Assembly (NCBI GenBank): GCA_951406725.2
Contig: OX597817.1
Location: 15,190,001-15,254,000, forward strand
From: Octopus vulgaris
Lineage: Eukaryota
Length of the DNA stretch: 64,000 bases
Reading direction: 5' to 3'
In this document: piece after piece, positions 1-10,657 of the stretch
Numbering within the stretch: position 1 is the stretch's first letter
Layout of the letters: each line of letters opens with the position of its first letter
The notes under the pieces: model-generated
Told to the model about the DNA's origin: nothing
Databases searched by the model: none
The model's input: the letters and a program-made list of their open reading frames with translations, nothing else
Translations under genes and position numbers: made by a program

Positions 1-104
1 TGTTGCTGCTGTTGCTGCTGCTGCTGCTGTTGCTGTTGTTGTTGTTGCTGACTCAAACTTACTGATCCTAACTGTTGTGATAATTCAGTCATTCCATTGG
101 AATC
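1..104 (-). CDS. R3HDM/ARPP21: R3HDM/ARPP21-like exon running off the window end: DSNGMTELSQQLGSVSLS followed by at least 16 Q
   Basis: Acceptor tttgagcag|GAT at 105-106. Phase 0 matches exon 1878-2017. ELSQQLGSVSLSQ resembles the vertebrate R3HDM motif ending in 'MSLSRQ'. Mixed CAG/CAA polyQ is in frame. Confidence 0.85.
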
Positions 105-187
105 CTGCTCAAATATTCAAACAATTATGAACAGATATGATATATTCTGTTTACACACACACACAGATATATATATATATATATATA

Positions 188-723
188 TACAAGATAAGAA
201 AATGGAGAAATACATCTAAATCAAATATCAATTACCAGATAATACTCAATCACATACTTTATTAAACCACCACATAAGAGACTGTAGGGTTAAATATAAA
301 AAGCAGAACAAATCAGTGTACATAAAGGAATGTACATAAAAAAGTGTACATAAAAGAGTAATGTTGTATAATAAGTAGAATATATATAAAAAAGAGAATA
401 TAAATATAAGTATAGATTACATCTTACAGCTGTTTCGGCCATGTAGATAAGTATGTCTCATTTTACCAATATTAGCCAATAAAGTATGTGATTGAGTATT
501 ATCTGATAATTGATATTTGATTTAGATGTATTTCTCCATTTTCTTATCTTGTATTAGTAATTTGTGGTAAATCATTTTACCTTTGCCCATATAATACAAT
601 AAATGAATTGATTGCATCGCAATCCTTAACATTTATGTATTAACTTTGTTGGGTACTTCACTAGCAGTATATTGGATATATGTTATCCATTAGAGGGTTG
701 CATTTACAACCCCTATCTCAATT

Positions 724-725
<2 letters not shown>
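188..725. mobile_element. Penelope-like element remnant with a 76-bp inverted duplication and half a hammerhead motif
   Basis: 188-263 is the reverse complement of 478-553 (one mismatch seen). Minus-strand GGCCGAAACAGCTGTAAG at ~423-440. Flanked by (TA)n. Confidence 0.55.
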
Positions 726-759
<34 letters not shown>

Positions 760-1254
760 CTTGTTATCAAAGAATATATTTATATGTATTGTAGTATTTT
801 GTGACAACCAGTAACTAACACAACCAAGCTTTTACATGTTACTTTTTGACAATCTTTTTCTAAAAGTGTGAAATCGGTAAAGTAAATAAACATCTTTTAA
901 AATTGCATTTTCAAACCTTCTTTCATATATAATTCCACTCATGCAGTACCTTACAACTCCACTTTGTTATATATATATACACACACACACACATACATAC
1001 ACATATATGGTATAGATTCATTGCTGTAATGATCATACACACACACAAATGATCCTGTTTTATTAGGATTTATAACTAAGCATCACAAATTTTATTAGAA
1101 TGTATTTATTTAGTGACCTATTTAGAATTTTCTGACTTCAGCTGGCTGCAATGAGTTTCTTTCCAGTAGAAGATATTACTATTTTTGTTCAGTGATACGT
1201 GATTTTGTGGTATATTGTAATTGAATAAAAACTTAATTTTTCTTATAAATTATT

Positions 1255-1678
1255 CCTCTTTTACTTTTTTACTCATTTACTTGTTTCAGTCATTTGACTG
1301 CGGCCATGCTGGAGCACCACCTTTAGTCGAGCAAATTGACCCCGGGACTTATTCTTTGTAAGCCCAGTACTTATTCTATCAGTCTCTTTTGCCAAACTGC
1401 TAAGTGACGGGGACGTAAACACACCAGCATCGGTTGTCAAGCAATGCTAGGGGGACAAACACACACACACACACAAACACACACACGCGTATATATATAT
1501 ATATACATATACACGACGGGCTTCTTTCAGTTTCCGTCTACCAAATCCACTCACAAGGCTTTGGTCGGCCCGAGGCTATAGTAGAAGACACTTACCCAAG
1601 GTGCCACGCAGTGGGACTGAACCCGGAACCATGTGGTTGGTAAGCAAGCTACTTACCACACATCCGCTCCTGCGCCTA
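1255..1678 (-). mobile_element. tRNA-derived CORE-type SINE (octopus OR2-like family, ~400 bp)
   Basis: tRNA-like head GGCGCAGGAG..GTGTGGTAAG..GGTTCAGTCCC, CORE-like CCTTGGGxAAGT, internal (TA)/(TG) tract, AAGAGTA tail. ~30-bp TSD at 1220-1250 / 1678-1708. Confidence 0.9.
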
Positions 1679-1877
1679 TTGAATAAAAACTTAATTTTTC
1701 TTATAAAATTCATTCCACTATTTTAAAAATAATTAGATGTGGAAAAGAACATTGATGACAATTGCAGAGCTTAAGTTATGTTTATTAAAATATTTTCTGC
1801 ATGTATGAGAAAGAGAGAGAGAGAGAGTGTGTGTATGAGTGAGATACTAAAAAAACCCAAATGGGGAAGAACCTTAC

Positions 1878-2017
1878 AGGATATTGTCGAGCATCCATGA
1901 CAAATTGGTGTTGAGAAAAGATAGGAGGTCCAGCAGGACTGAAAGAAACAGATGCAGGAAGAGTTTGATTGGGATTGTGTCTGTAGATAGTCCCATCTGC
2001 ATTCAGATAAACCTGAC
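1878..2017 (-). CDS. R3HDM/ARPP21: R3HDM/ARPP21-like exon: (G)QVYLNADGTIYRHNPNQTLPASVSFSPAGPPIFSQHQFVMDARQYP
   Basis: Strong acceptor ttcttttccag| and donor |gtaagg. 140 nt, phase 1 to 0. Completes the family motif NPxTGQxxxNxDG. Confidence 0.92.
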
Positions 2018-2599
2018 CTGGAAAAAGAAAAGAAAAAAAAAGAGGTTGACATAAAAATTATTACTTATTATTGAATATACACATTTTATTAAAAAAATAT
2101 TAGTTTATAAGCCAAAAAAACCAAAAAAAAAAATCAACAAAAAAAACTATAACATATAACAAGCAAAGCAACAAGATGTAAATATTAAATATTTATAAAA
2201 CTCCAACAATGTTATTAAAAAAAAAAAACAGCTGAAAAGAATTATTTCTGTTAATATATGTTAAGGTGGATAAAATATTTTGCTTTCCTGGATCTACAAT
2301 TCCTCTTTTTCTAAATTTAATGATATACTGATGATGATGATGATGATGATGACTGACCTCACATAAACCCATTTGATGCATGTACTTCTCCTCCTCCTAT
2401 CCCATATCCTCATTGAACTATGCATAAAATACAATATATAAATCTTACATTGTTGTATTTCTGGATGGTCATTTTATTTATTACTTTTTTTTGCCAAATA
2501 AACACACACACAATATATATATATCATCATCATCATTTAACGTCCGTTTCCATGCTAGCATGGGTATATATATATATATATATCATATATATATTATAT

Positions 2600-2790
2600 A
2601 TATTAATGGAAGCTTTATTAAACAAAAGACGAAGGCAGGTGGAGTACAAACAAACAATTGTATTAGTATGGCGCTCAGGAATATAAATAAAACAAGTTTT
2701 TACGTTTCGAGCCACGCTCTTCAACAGAAAGATACACAGAAAAGAAACACGGAGAGAAACAAGGAGAGAAACAAGGAGAGAGGAAAAAAA
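2600..2790 (-). mobile_element. Penelope-like terminal fragment with a minimal hammerhead motif (2697-2730)
   Basis: Minus strand TTT-CTGTTGA-A-GAGC-GTG-GCTC-GAAA-CGTA-AAA. Shares CGCTCAGGAA context with 32634-32840. Confidence 0.55.
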
Positions 2791-2815
2791 AAAAAAAAAA
2801 AAATATATATTTTTT

Positions 2816-3105
2816 TTCTTCACTCATTTATTACTGTTATTTTGTTATTCTAATGCCTGTTCATTATCTGCAAATCTTTCATCACACATCTGTGACCTCT
2901 TCAGCGACACTCTTCGTTTCTGTGTGTTCTTGCTCCACTTACTCCATTCTCTATGAATATCACTACATTTAAATGGAGTAACTGGAGCAAGAACACACAC
3001 AGAAATGAAAAGTGTCACTGAAGAGGTCACAGATGTGTGATGGAAGAGTTATGGTCAATGGATAGACGTTAAAATAATAAAATAACAGTAATAAATGAGT
3101 GAAGA
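2816..3105. repeat. Long imperfect palindrome (fold-back), ~130-bp arms and ~22-nt loop
   Basis: CTTCACTCATTTATTACTGTTATTTT..CTCCATT is mirrored by AATGGAG..AAAATAACAGTAATAAATGAGTGAAG. Mismatches are mostly transitions. Confidence 0.9.
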
Positions 3106-3228
3106 CAAAAACAAGTGTGTGTGTTTATTTGGGAAAAAAAAAAAAAATTACCATCCCAAAATACAACAATATCTGTTTTAACACAATTTCACACCAGGAA
3201 TCTTGCAAAATGAATTGATACATACATA

Positions 3229-3629
3229 TCTTTATATATAAAAGTGAGGTTGTGTGCTGTCTGTCTCCTACGATTTAGATTCCTAACTACTCCCACATTT
3301 TGCGGTGCAGTTTAACCAAAACCGGGTATCTTATAGTCGTGATTCATATCGAGCCCTTCTGGGTATTAGCGCGCGTCTACGATGAGTCTACGATTTAAAA
3401 AAAAATTTACCATCAATTTTTCCCATTTTTAATGCATTTTTTCGCTATTATATAAGGGAAGTAACTCTCTAAAAATGTCTACGATGAGTCAACGATTTAA
3501 AAAAAAATTTACCATAATTTTTCCCCATTTTTAATGCATTTTTTTGCTATTCTTTGGCTATAACTCTCTAAAAATGCTTATATAGTTATTTCCCTTACAA
3601 ACCCGAGCAACGCCGGGCGATACTGCTAG
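3229..3629 (+). mobile_element. Non-autonomous Helitron
   Basis: A|TC 5' end, subterminal hairpin CCCGAGCAACGCCGGG, CTAG|T 3' end, no TSD. Internal ~100-bp tandem duplication (3376-3575). Confidence 0.85.
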
Positions 3630-4189
3630 TTTTATATAAATTCCTCTTCTCCAAAACTGCATTTCTCTGGTACTCAGACTTCAAGAATTTATACAGAACA
3701 TTAACTACACCCATCTACCCCTGATTCCTCTGTCTAGATACAAACACTATGGCCATTACATTGTAACTAGTAAAATTTATTTTGCCTCCACTGAAATTAA
3801 TTCTACCTCTATTATAGAACAACAGCAGTGAATATTATCTTTAACAAGTGAAACTGATATCAAATAATGATAAATATACTGAAAGGTTTAAATGTAGTAA
3901 TATTCATAGAGTTTATATTTGAGCTTCCTGTCTTAAATGTTGATATGTCTCACTGATGTCACCAAAATGTATAAACAATATTATTTTCCACGTACATACA
4001 ATAGTCAGATATAAAATCAAAGAGCTGTCTGCAACATTTAGCTCTGCATGTCTGTATAGTAGCAAAGCTTTTAAAATAAGGATAAATCATCACCATCATT
4101 GCTTAATGTCTGCCTTCCATGCTGGCATGGGTCAAAATCTTAAATCAGATTCACATACAAAGTCCATCAAATATTTAATTTAAATGCAT

Positions 4190-4589
4190 TCTCTTTTTCT
4201 CTTTTTACTTGTTTCAGTCATTTGACTGCGGCCATGCTGGAGCACTGCCTTTAGTCGAGCAAATCGACCCCGGGACTTATTCTTTGTAAGCCCAGTACTT
4301 ATTCTATCGGTCTCTTTTGCCGAACTGCTAAGTGATGGGGACGTAAACACACCAGCATCGGTTGTCAAGCAATGCTAGGGGGACAAACACAGACACACAA
4401 ATACACATATATATATACATATATACGACAGGCTTCTTTCAGTTTCCATCTACCAAATCCACTCACAAGGCATTGGTCGGCCCGGGGCTATAGCAGAAGA
4501 CACTTGCCAAAGATGCCACGCAGTGGGACTGAACCCGGAACCATGTGGTTGGTAAGCAAGCTACTTACCACACAGCTACTCCTGCGCCT
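4190..4589 (-). mobile_element. OR2-like CORE-SINE
   Basis: Full-length match to the 1255-1678 family. Confidence 0.9.
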
Positions 4590-5306
4590 ATTACGTATTT
4601 TGTGTGAATAACAGCCAGAAATTATATACAAATTGTATAAGTTTAGGCAGTATGAGCATGTTTCCTAACCAAGGGATCTATCTGTGACCTACAATAGAAC
4701 TCGTAGAATATACACATTTATCTTCTTTTAAAAGCTTCCATTGCATGGGTCAAGATATAATAATCTGAGTGGGAGACACCATCTCTGGGAAATTTTTGTC
4801 CTTGTGAAGCATTTCTGCTGCAATTTTGAAACACCCTTTTTGTCAGACAGGATATCAAATTCTCAGATCATCAAATTTTGAATTAACTTGACCTTCCGAA
4901 ATTTAGCATTTAAATTAGATAATAAATTCAATACATTGATTATATAATTTGTTATCAATAAATGCAGTTAGTCTGTGTGCAGATTGTTACAGAAGAATTA
5001 CTGTACAGCAAATCAGAGGAAGGCTGAAATGAATTCATATTTTAACTTTACAGCTCTATAGGTTGATTAGCAAATCATATAAATGCTGAATTTTTATCAT
5101 GTGCCTTTTCTGCATATTAGATAGGCTTTTCCAGGTTCTCTTCATCAAGTTTATATTTGTATTGAGTGGCTGTCTTCATCTTGATAAGCTACCTTAGTAA
5201 ATGGTCTCAGTTTCTATTGAGGCGGTTTGAAAAGATTTGCTGTCTTGGTAGTTAATTACATCACTTTTTAAACAACTTACAGGAAGTGCCTCTTGTTGAC
5301 AATTAA

Positions 5307-5650
5307 TCATCATCATCATCATCGTTTAACGTCCGTTTTCCGTGCTAGCACGGGTTGGACGGTTCGACTGGGGTCTGGGAAGCCAGGGGCTGCACCAGGC
5401 TCCAGTCTGATCTGGCAGTGTTTCTACAGCTGGATGCCCTTCCTAATGCCAACCACTCCGCGAATGTAGTGGGTGCTTTTTACGTGCCAGAGGAGTCTGA
5501 CATCGGCCAAAATCGGTTGGTGCTTTTTAACGTGCCACCAGCTCGGATGGTGCTTTTTATGTGCCACCGGCACAGGTATCACAACTACTATTTCCATTGA
5601 TATTTATTTCGATGTTCATGTACTTGACTCAATAGGTCTCCTCAAGCACA
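5307..5650 (-). mobile_element. RTE LINE 3' UTR fragment with (GAT)n tail
   Basis: (CAT)n-CGTTTAACGTCC..GGATGCCCTTCCTAA. Same sequence as the 3' UTR of the LINE at 39968-41549. Confidence 0.85.
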
Positions 5651-7168
5651 GCAGGATGTTCTGGTAGTAAATTTTCCTTTTCAGGTACGTTTTTCCTACT
5701 GTTATTTTATATGCATATAATAGATCTCTTCAAACCTGCAGAGCATTGAAGACTAACTAAGCACTATAAATCTAGCCTCATGAAGCAAGTCTCTAAAAGG
5801 TGCCTTCTATTTTGTGGATTTTCTTTGACTATTTTTGCATCAATCCTATCCTTGATGAACTGTACTCTCCAAATAATATTATATTTGAACATAGTATCAC
5901 CATAATTTCAAGAATATTGACAATTCTTTTTGCATATCACTGTAAAAGATCTTTTTATTGTTCCAAGAATGCAGCTACCAAGAAGACCTTGAAGCAAAAC
6001 CAATATATTTTTCTTTCTTAACATTTTCAAAAATATGGTTTTTCATTTAATAAAAATAATTTAGATCTTCTAAGATTTAATATAAACTCATTTTTTCGAA
6101 TGTGATCAAACTTTTTTCATTTTAGTGTTGTTATTGTCACAGTAGAAAAAAAAAAAGCTTTGGTGATGAGTATTCACTTGTTCTATCAAATAAACTACAA
6201 ACTCATTGAACCAGTGAGTAAATGGCTGTGTATTCTAAACAAGTGAGACCATATAATTCTCAGGTAGAGTTTGTGAGACAGGCCAGCCCTTTTGAATTAC
6301 CGATACTGATTGTCCAATGAACTCCAAAACAGTTTTTGTCAACCGGATTTCACTTATGGTTTGGGTCAAGACACTTTGTTCAAGATAACACATAGTGGAA
6401 AGGAAATTGGGATCTCATGATTGCGAAGCAAATTTTTTAACCACCCAGCTATCTTTTATCGCTAGTAGCAAAAATGTGGCTCATTCAAGAAAACAATAAA
6501 TATAATAGGACTCACACACACAGCTTCTGAATTTTTATTATTACCAAATTTCTGAATTACTAATTAGTTAACTGAGTATGTATCATGTGATTTTCAGCTT
6601 ATTGATTTGTCATTTACAGAAAATTAGTTTTTGCTTTTTTCTTTTTTTCTCAAAAATTTCTTAAGTTTTGATATTTTTTTCCATTGAAAATAATAAAACA
6701 GGTTTACTTTGATCACAATTAAGCTGGAAAGAATAATTTCTCGTTATGTAATTTTATCATTTCCTACATTAATTTGTATTGATATATTAAGTGGGTTGTT
6801 AAAAACAAATTCCATTTATGAATCAGAATGGAATAAAATTAATCAATAATTTAGATCAATGGTTAGAGGGCATTCATTTCTACCACTTCAACTTCCTAAT
6901 TAACACAACAGGTCAGTTAAGTTCAGAGGAAAACAAATCAGAAAGCAACAATTACAGCAGTTCAGCTTCGCCATCTCAACATTACTTCAGGAACTAAACA
7001 TGATATAATGAATGGAAAACAAATAAAGCAAGTATCTTAATAAACACAGCACTTAGAGCTTTCTGTGACAAAACTTCCTGTTTATTCTTAGAACGTATAA
7101 AATGCAGATCTATTTTTGTTTTGAAACACTATGGACAATTTAAATTTTTTTAAATATTTTTAATATTT

Positions 7169-7572
7169 AGGCGCAGGAGTGGCTGTGTGGTAAGTAGCTT
7201 GCTAACCAACCACATGGTTCTGGGTTCAGTCCCACTGTGTGGCATCTTGGGCAAGTGTCTTCTGCTATAGCCCCGGGCCGACCAATGCCTTGTGAGTGGA
7301 TTTGGTAGATGGAAACTGAAAGAAGCCTGTCGTATATATGTATATATATATATATATGTATGTGTGTGTTTGTGTCTGTGTTTGTCCCCCTAGCATTGCT
7401 TGACAACCAATGCTGGTGTGTTTACGTCCCTGTCACTTAGCGGTTCGGCAAAAGAGACCGATAGAATAAGTACTGGGCTTACAAAGAATAAGTCCCGGGG
7501 TTGATTTGCTTGACTAAAGGCGGTGCTCCAGCATGGCCACAGTCAAATGATTGAAACAAGTAAAAGAGAGAG
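7169..7572 (+). mobile_element. OR2-like CORE-SINE
   Basis: Full-length family match, opposite orientation to the 4190 and 12990 copies. Confidence 0.9.
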
Positions 7573-9127
7573 TAACCACTAAGAGAAGATTGAGGAAAGT
7601 ATAGTAAATAGCACAGAAAATAAATTCTTGATTTACAGAAATTATCCTCACTTCAGGAGATGGTGAGCAAACACCCAGAGATAATTGCTACTGATTTTGA
7701 ATTAGAAGGGGAGATGGATTTGAGAATTCTCATCAATTAACATGCCAGAGATAGCCATGAAAATGTGTTTTTGCCTTAACAGATGTCATCAGTATAGCAC
7801 CGTCCTTACTTGACTCCTACCAGACAGAAAACTTATATGAAAAAACATATAAGAAAAAAGAAGAAAGCATCCATGGCCTTTGGTAATTTAGGTAATTAAA
7901 ATGAAAATGATAGACCTACAGTGAAACACATTTCAGTTGTGACCATCTATTTGTATTTTTTTTAGGACAGAGTATAATTGTATTATTAGTATAATTAGAG
8001 CTTCATTATTCAATGTGTTTCTCTTTTTCCTTTTAATATGATTTGAGGGGTATTTGGCATCTATTTCTAGTTTGAACAACCAGCAACATTTAAATGTGGT
8101 AGCATTCAAGCTCAATCATTTGTTTAAATGTTAAGATATTTAAAACGTTGCTGTTATGTAAATTTATGCTTTGCTGTAATCCCAATAATGGCTTCCATTA
8201 TTGTCAGGACTTTGTTGGACATGATCAGATCAAAACCTGTAAAGGATGTACCCTCCTGACAGATGAGATGACACGAGAGATTAAGAATGCATGGAAAGAT
8301 GTTCTTATGAAATCTACTAAACAAATCGCAGCAGCAGGTTTTAAGAGGAAGTTTGACAAATCATTTCTTTTTCAAAAACAATGAAAGCCAAATTTATTTA
8401 ATCTCTAAACATTATTCCTGCGTCAAATGGTGATTGGTGATTATTTTCAAAGTTCTCTGATAAATTTAAAGAGAATTAAAGCAATTTATTATTTTCCTTT
8501 GTTTTTAAGATGTTGGCTTCTCATCCAAGTTCAGTATTAGAGTTTATTCAATCTAAAAACAATGCTAATTATTACAATCATCAAAATATTGTATATGCTA
8601 CATGAATTTCTACTCATTATATGTAGATCTGAATCTTTACAGAAAAGCCTATAATTATGATCTTTAAAAAATGCATGCTTTTAGAAAATAGTTCATAATA
8701 TTTATTTTCAGAAAATTCAAGAAAAAGTCAAAGAAAAAACAATATAAAACAAAAAAAACAACAACCTCAATCTAATATATAATCTACTCTAAAATGCACT
8801 CCATAATGAAATAAAAAAAAAACAAAGTGATTATATAAAGTCATTAATAAGCATTATGGAATATATAAAATAATAATAATAATCGATATCTAATGGTAAA
8901 ATTAAGTGTAAGGGAAATGAGTTCCAAGATAATCTTTGAAAATTTACTGAAAACTGTTGTATTTGTGTGAGAAATTATATTGTTAAAATGATAATTGAGA
9001 AGAAAAGGAATCATTTTAAACACTCAATAAGCAAACTGAAAGGAGAAATCATCTGATTCCAAATTTAAATGTTATTGCATCAAATCCTATCAAAATCACA
9101 TTTTATGACATTTAACATTTTTATATC

Positions 9128-9360
9128 TTTTTCTTTACTACCCACAAGGGGCTAAACACAGAGGAGACAAACAAGGACAGACAAATGGATTAAGTCGATT
9201 ACATCGACCCCAGTGCATAACTGGTACTTAATTTATCGACCCCGAAAGGATGAAAGGCAAAGTCGACCTCGGCGGAATTTGAACTCAGAACGTAATGGCA
9301 GACAAAATACGGCTACGCATTTTGCCCGGCGTGCTAACGTTTCTGCCAGCTCGCCGCCTT
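9128..9360 (-). mobile_element. tRNA-derived SINE with Meta/MESC-like central domain
   Basis: Head GGCGGCGAGCTGGCAGAA..GAGTTCAAATTCC; GCCTTTCATCCTTTCGGGGTCGATAAATTAAGTACC; TSD acatttaacatttttata. Confidence 0.85.
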
Positions 9361-9910
9361 TTAACATTTAACATTTTTATACACATATCCAAGTATTAGC
9401 TTTACAAACATGTTCCAATGCAAACTGTTGAACCCATAACAGCAACACATATTAAGAGAAAGTTTCCTAAATAATTTCATCTTTAAGGACAACACAAAAG
9501 ATATTTAATCTTTAAACAGTATTCTTATGTTTGAACATAAATTATTTTCAAAGGTTTCTGATAAATTGAAAAAAAAGATAAAGGAAATTACTATTTCTTT
9601 GCTTTTTTTTAAAAGAATGTCAGACATTCAATTCGTCTTATTTATTTCCTTCCTATCCAGTCTTTCCATGTTTCCACTGTTCATATTTCACAGCAATAGA
9701 TACACAAAGATAATATTTATCAATAAATCTTAAATTCATTTGATTTTATGGATTAGCAACAAGAGTGGTTTCTTTTAATCATTAAAACAAACTATGGTAA
9801 CTGTTTTACAATAAGGGTTCTTAAAATAACAGGGAATATCATTCATGAGTAATTCTGTTAGTCTTTGGACTTGAATTTCATGCAATTCCTTACATTGTAA
9901 AAAATCAAAA

Positions 9911-9982
9911 AAAAAACATGTCAGTAAACCCTTCAAAAAACATGTCAGTAAACCCTTCAAAAAACATGTCAGTAAACCCTTC
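9911..9982. repeat. 24-bp tandem repeat x3
   Basis: AAAAAACATGTCAGTAAACCCTTC repeated three times. Confidence 0.95.
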
Positions 9983-10100
9983 ATATAACTATTAGTAACA
10001 CTATGGCAGTCACAGCCATAAACCAAATTTCATTGAGAAAGAATACAGGAGAACAGAATTTAACGGTCAGAGAATCAGGAATGAAGATAAAAGAGATGAG

Positions 10101-10254
<154 letters not shown>

Positions 10255-10526
10255 AAAAAAAAGGATTTCATGAAAGTCTATTAAAACTTTAAAATCCCTC
10301 AGTGATTTGTTATACAATAGATTTCAAAAGTTTAAGAAAAATGAAGCCAAAAACCATGCATTAAACTTGGTTTAGTAGTAGAGTAAGTGGTAAGAATCGG
10401 AGGAAACTAATTAAGAGCAGAATTATTTTAAACAAATTGTAATATTGGAATGAAACTGTCATGCGCACACACACAGCAATGTAAGGAAGTAACGGCAGGA
10501 ATGTTGTTTAAGCAGCTGCTGTGTAC

Positions 10527-10657
10527 CTGTCCGAGGATTTATTATCATGCTTCCTGCCGGAATGGATTCATAACCAGACACCACCAAAAAGTACTGGGGT
10601 TTAGTTTGTTGCACTGGTGATGACACACCTGATAACGGAATAAGATAACCAACTTCA
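10527..10657 (-). CDS. R3HDM/ARPP21: R3HDM/ARPP21-like exon with two candidate acceptors (10657 phase 2; 10628 phase 1): [SEVGYLIPLS]GVSSPVQQTKPQYFLVVSGYESIPAGSMIINPRT(G)
   Basis: IPAGSMIINPRTG matches the conserved IPPGSILxNPxTG of ARPP21/R3HDM. Donor CAG|gtacac is phase 1 and joins exon 1878-2017. Acceptors are tttctctcttttgattag| and ttattccgttatcag|. Confidence 0.9.

Noticed and set aside
1434-1643. Recurrent ORFs MSSNARGTN.., MTTDAGVFT.. and MDGSTGVWEARG..
   Set aside because: They are translations of SINE and RTE-UTR repeats, not genes.
4308-4318. CGGTCTCTTT resembling the 3' end of miR-128 (hosted by vertebrate R3HDM1/ARPP21)
   Set aside because: It is part of most OR2-like SINE copies, with no miR-128 seed or precursor hairpin.
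7169-7245. tRNA-like sequences at SINE heads
   Set aside because: They are degenerate cloverleaves continuous with SINE bodies, not tRNA genes.
8148-8384. 78-aa plus-strand ORF
   Set aside because: NAWK..FKRKFDK looks like a decayed CR1/L2 C-terminus.
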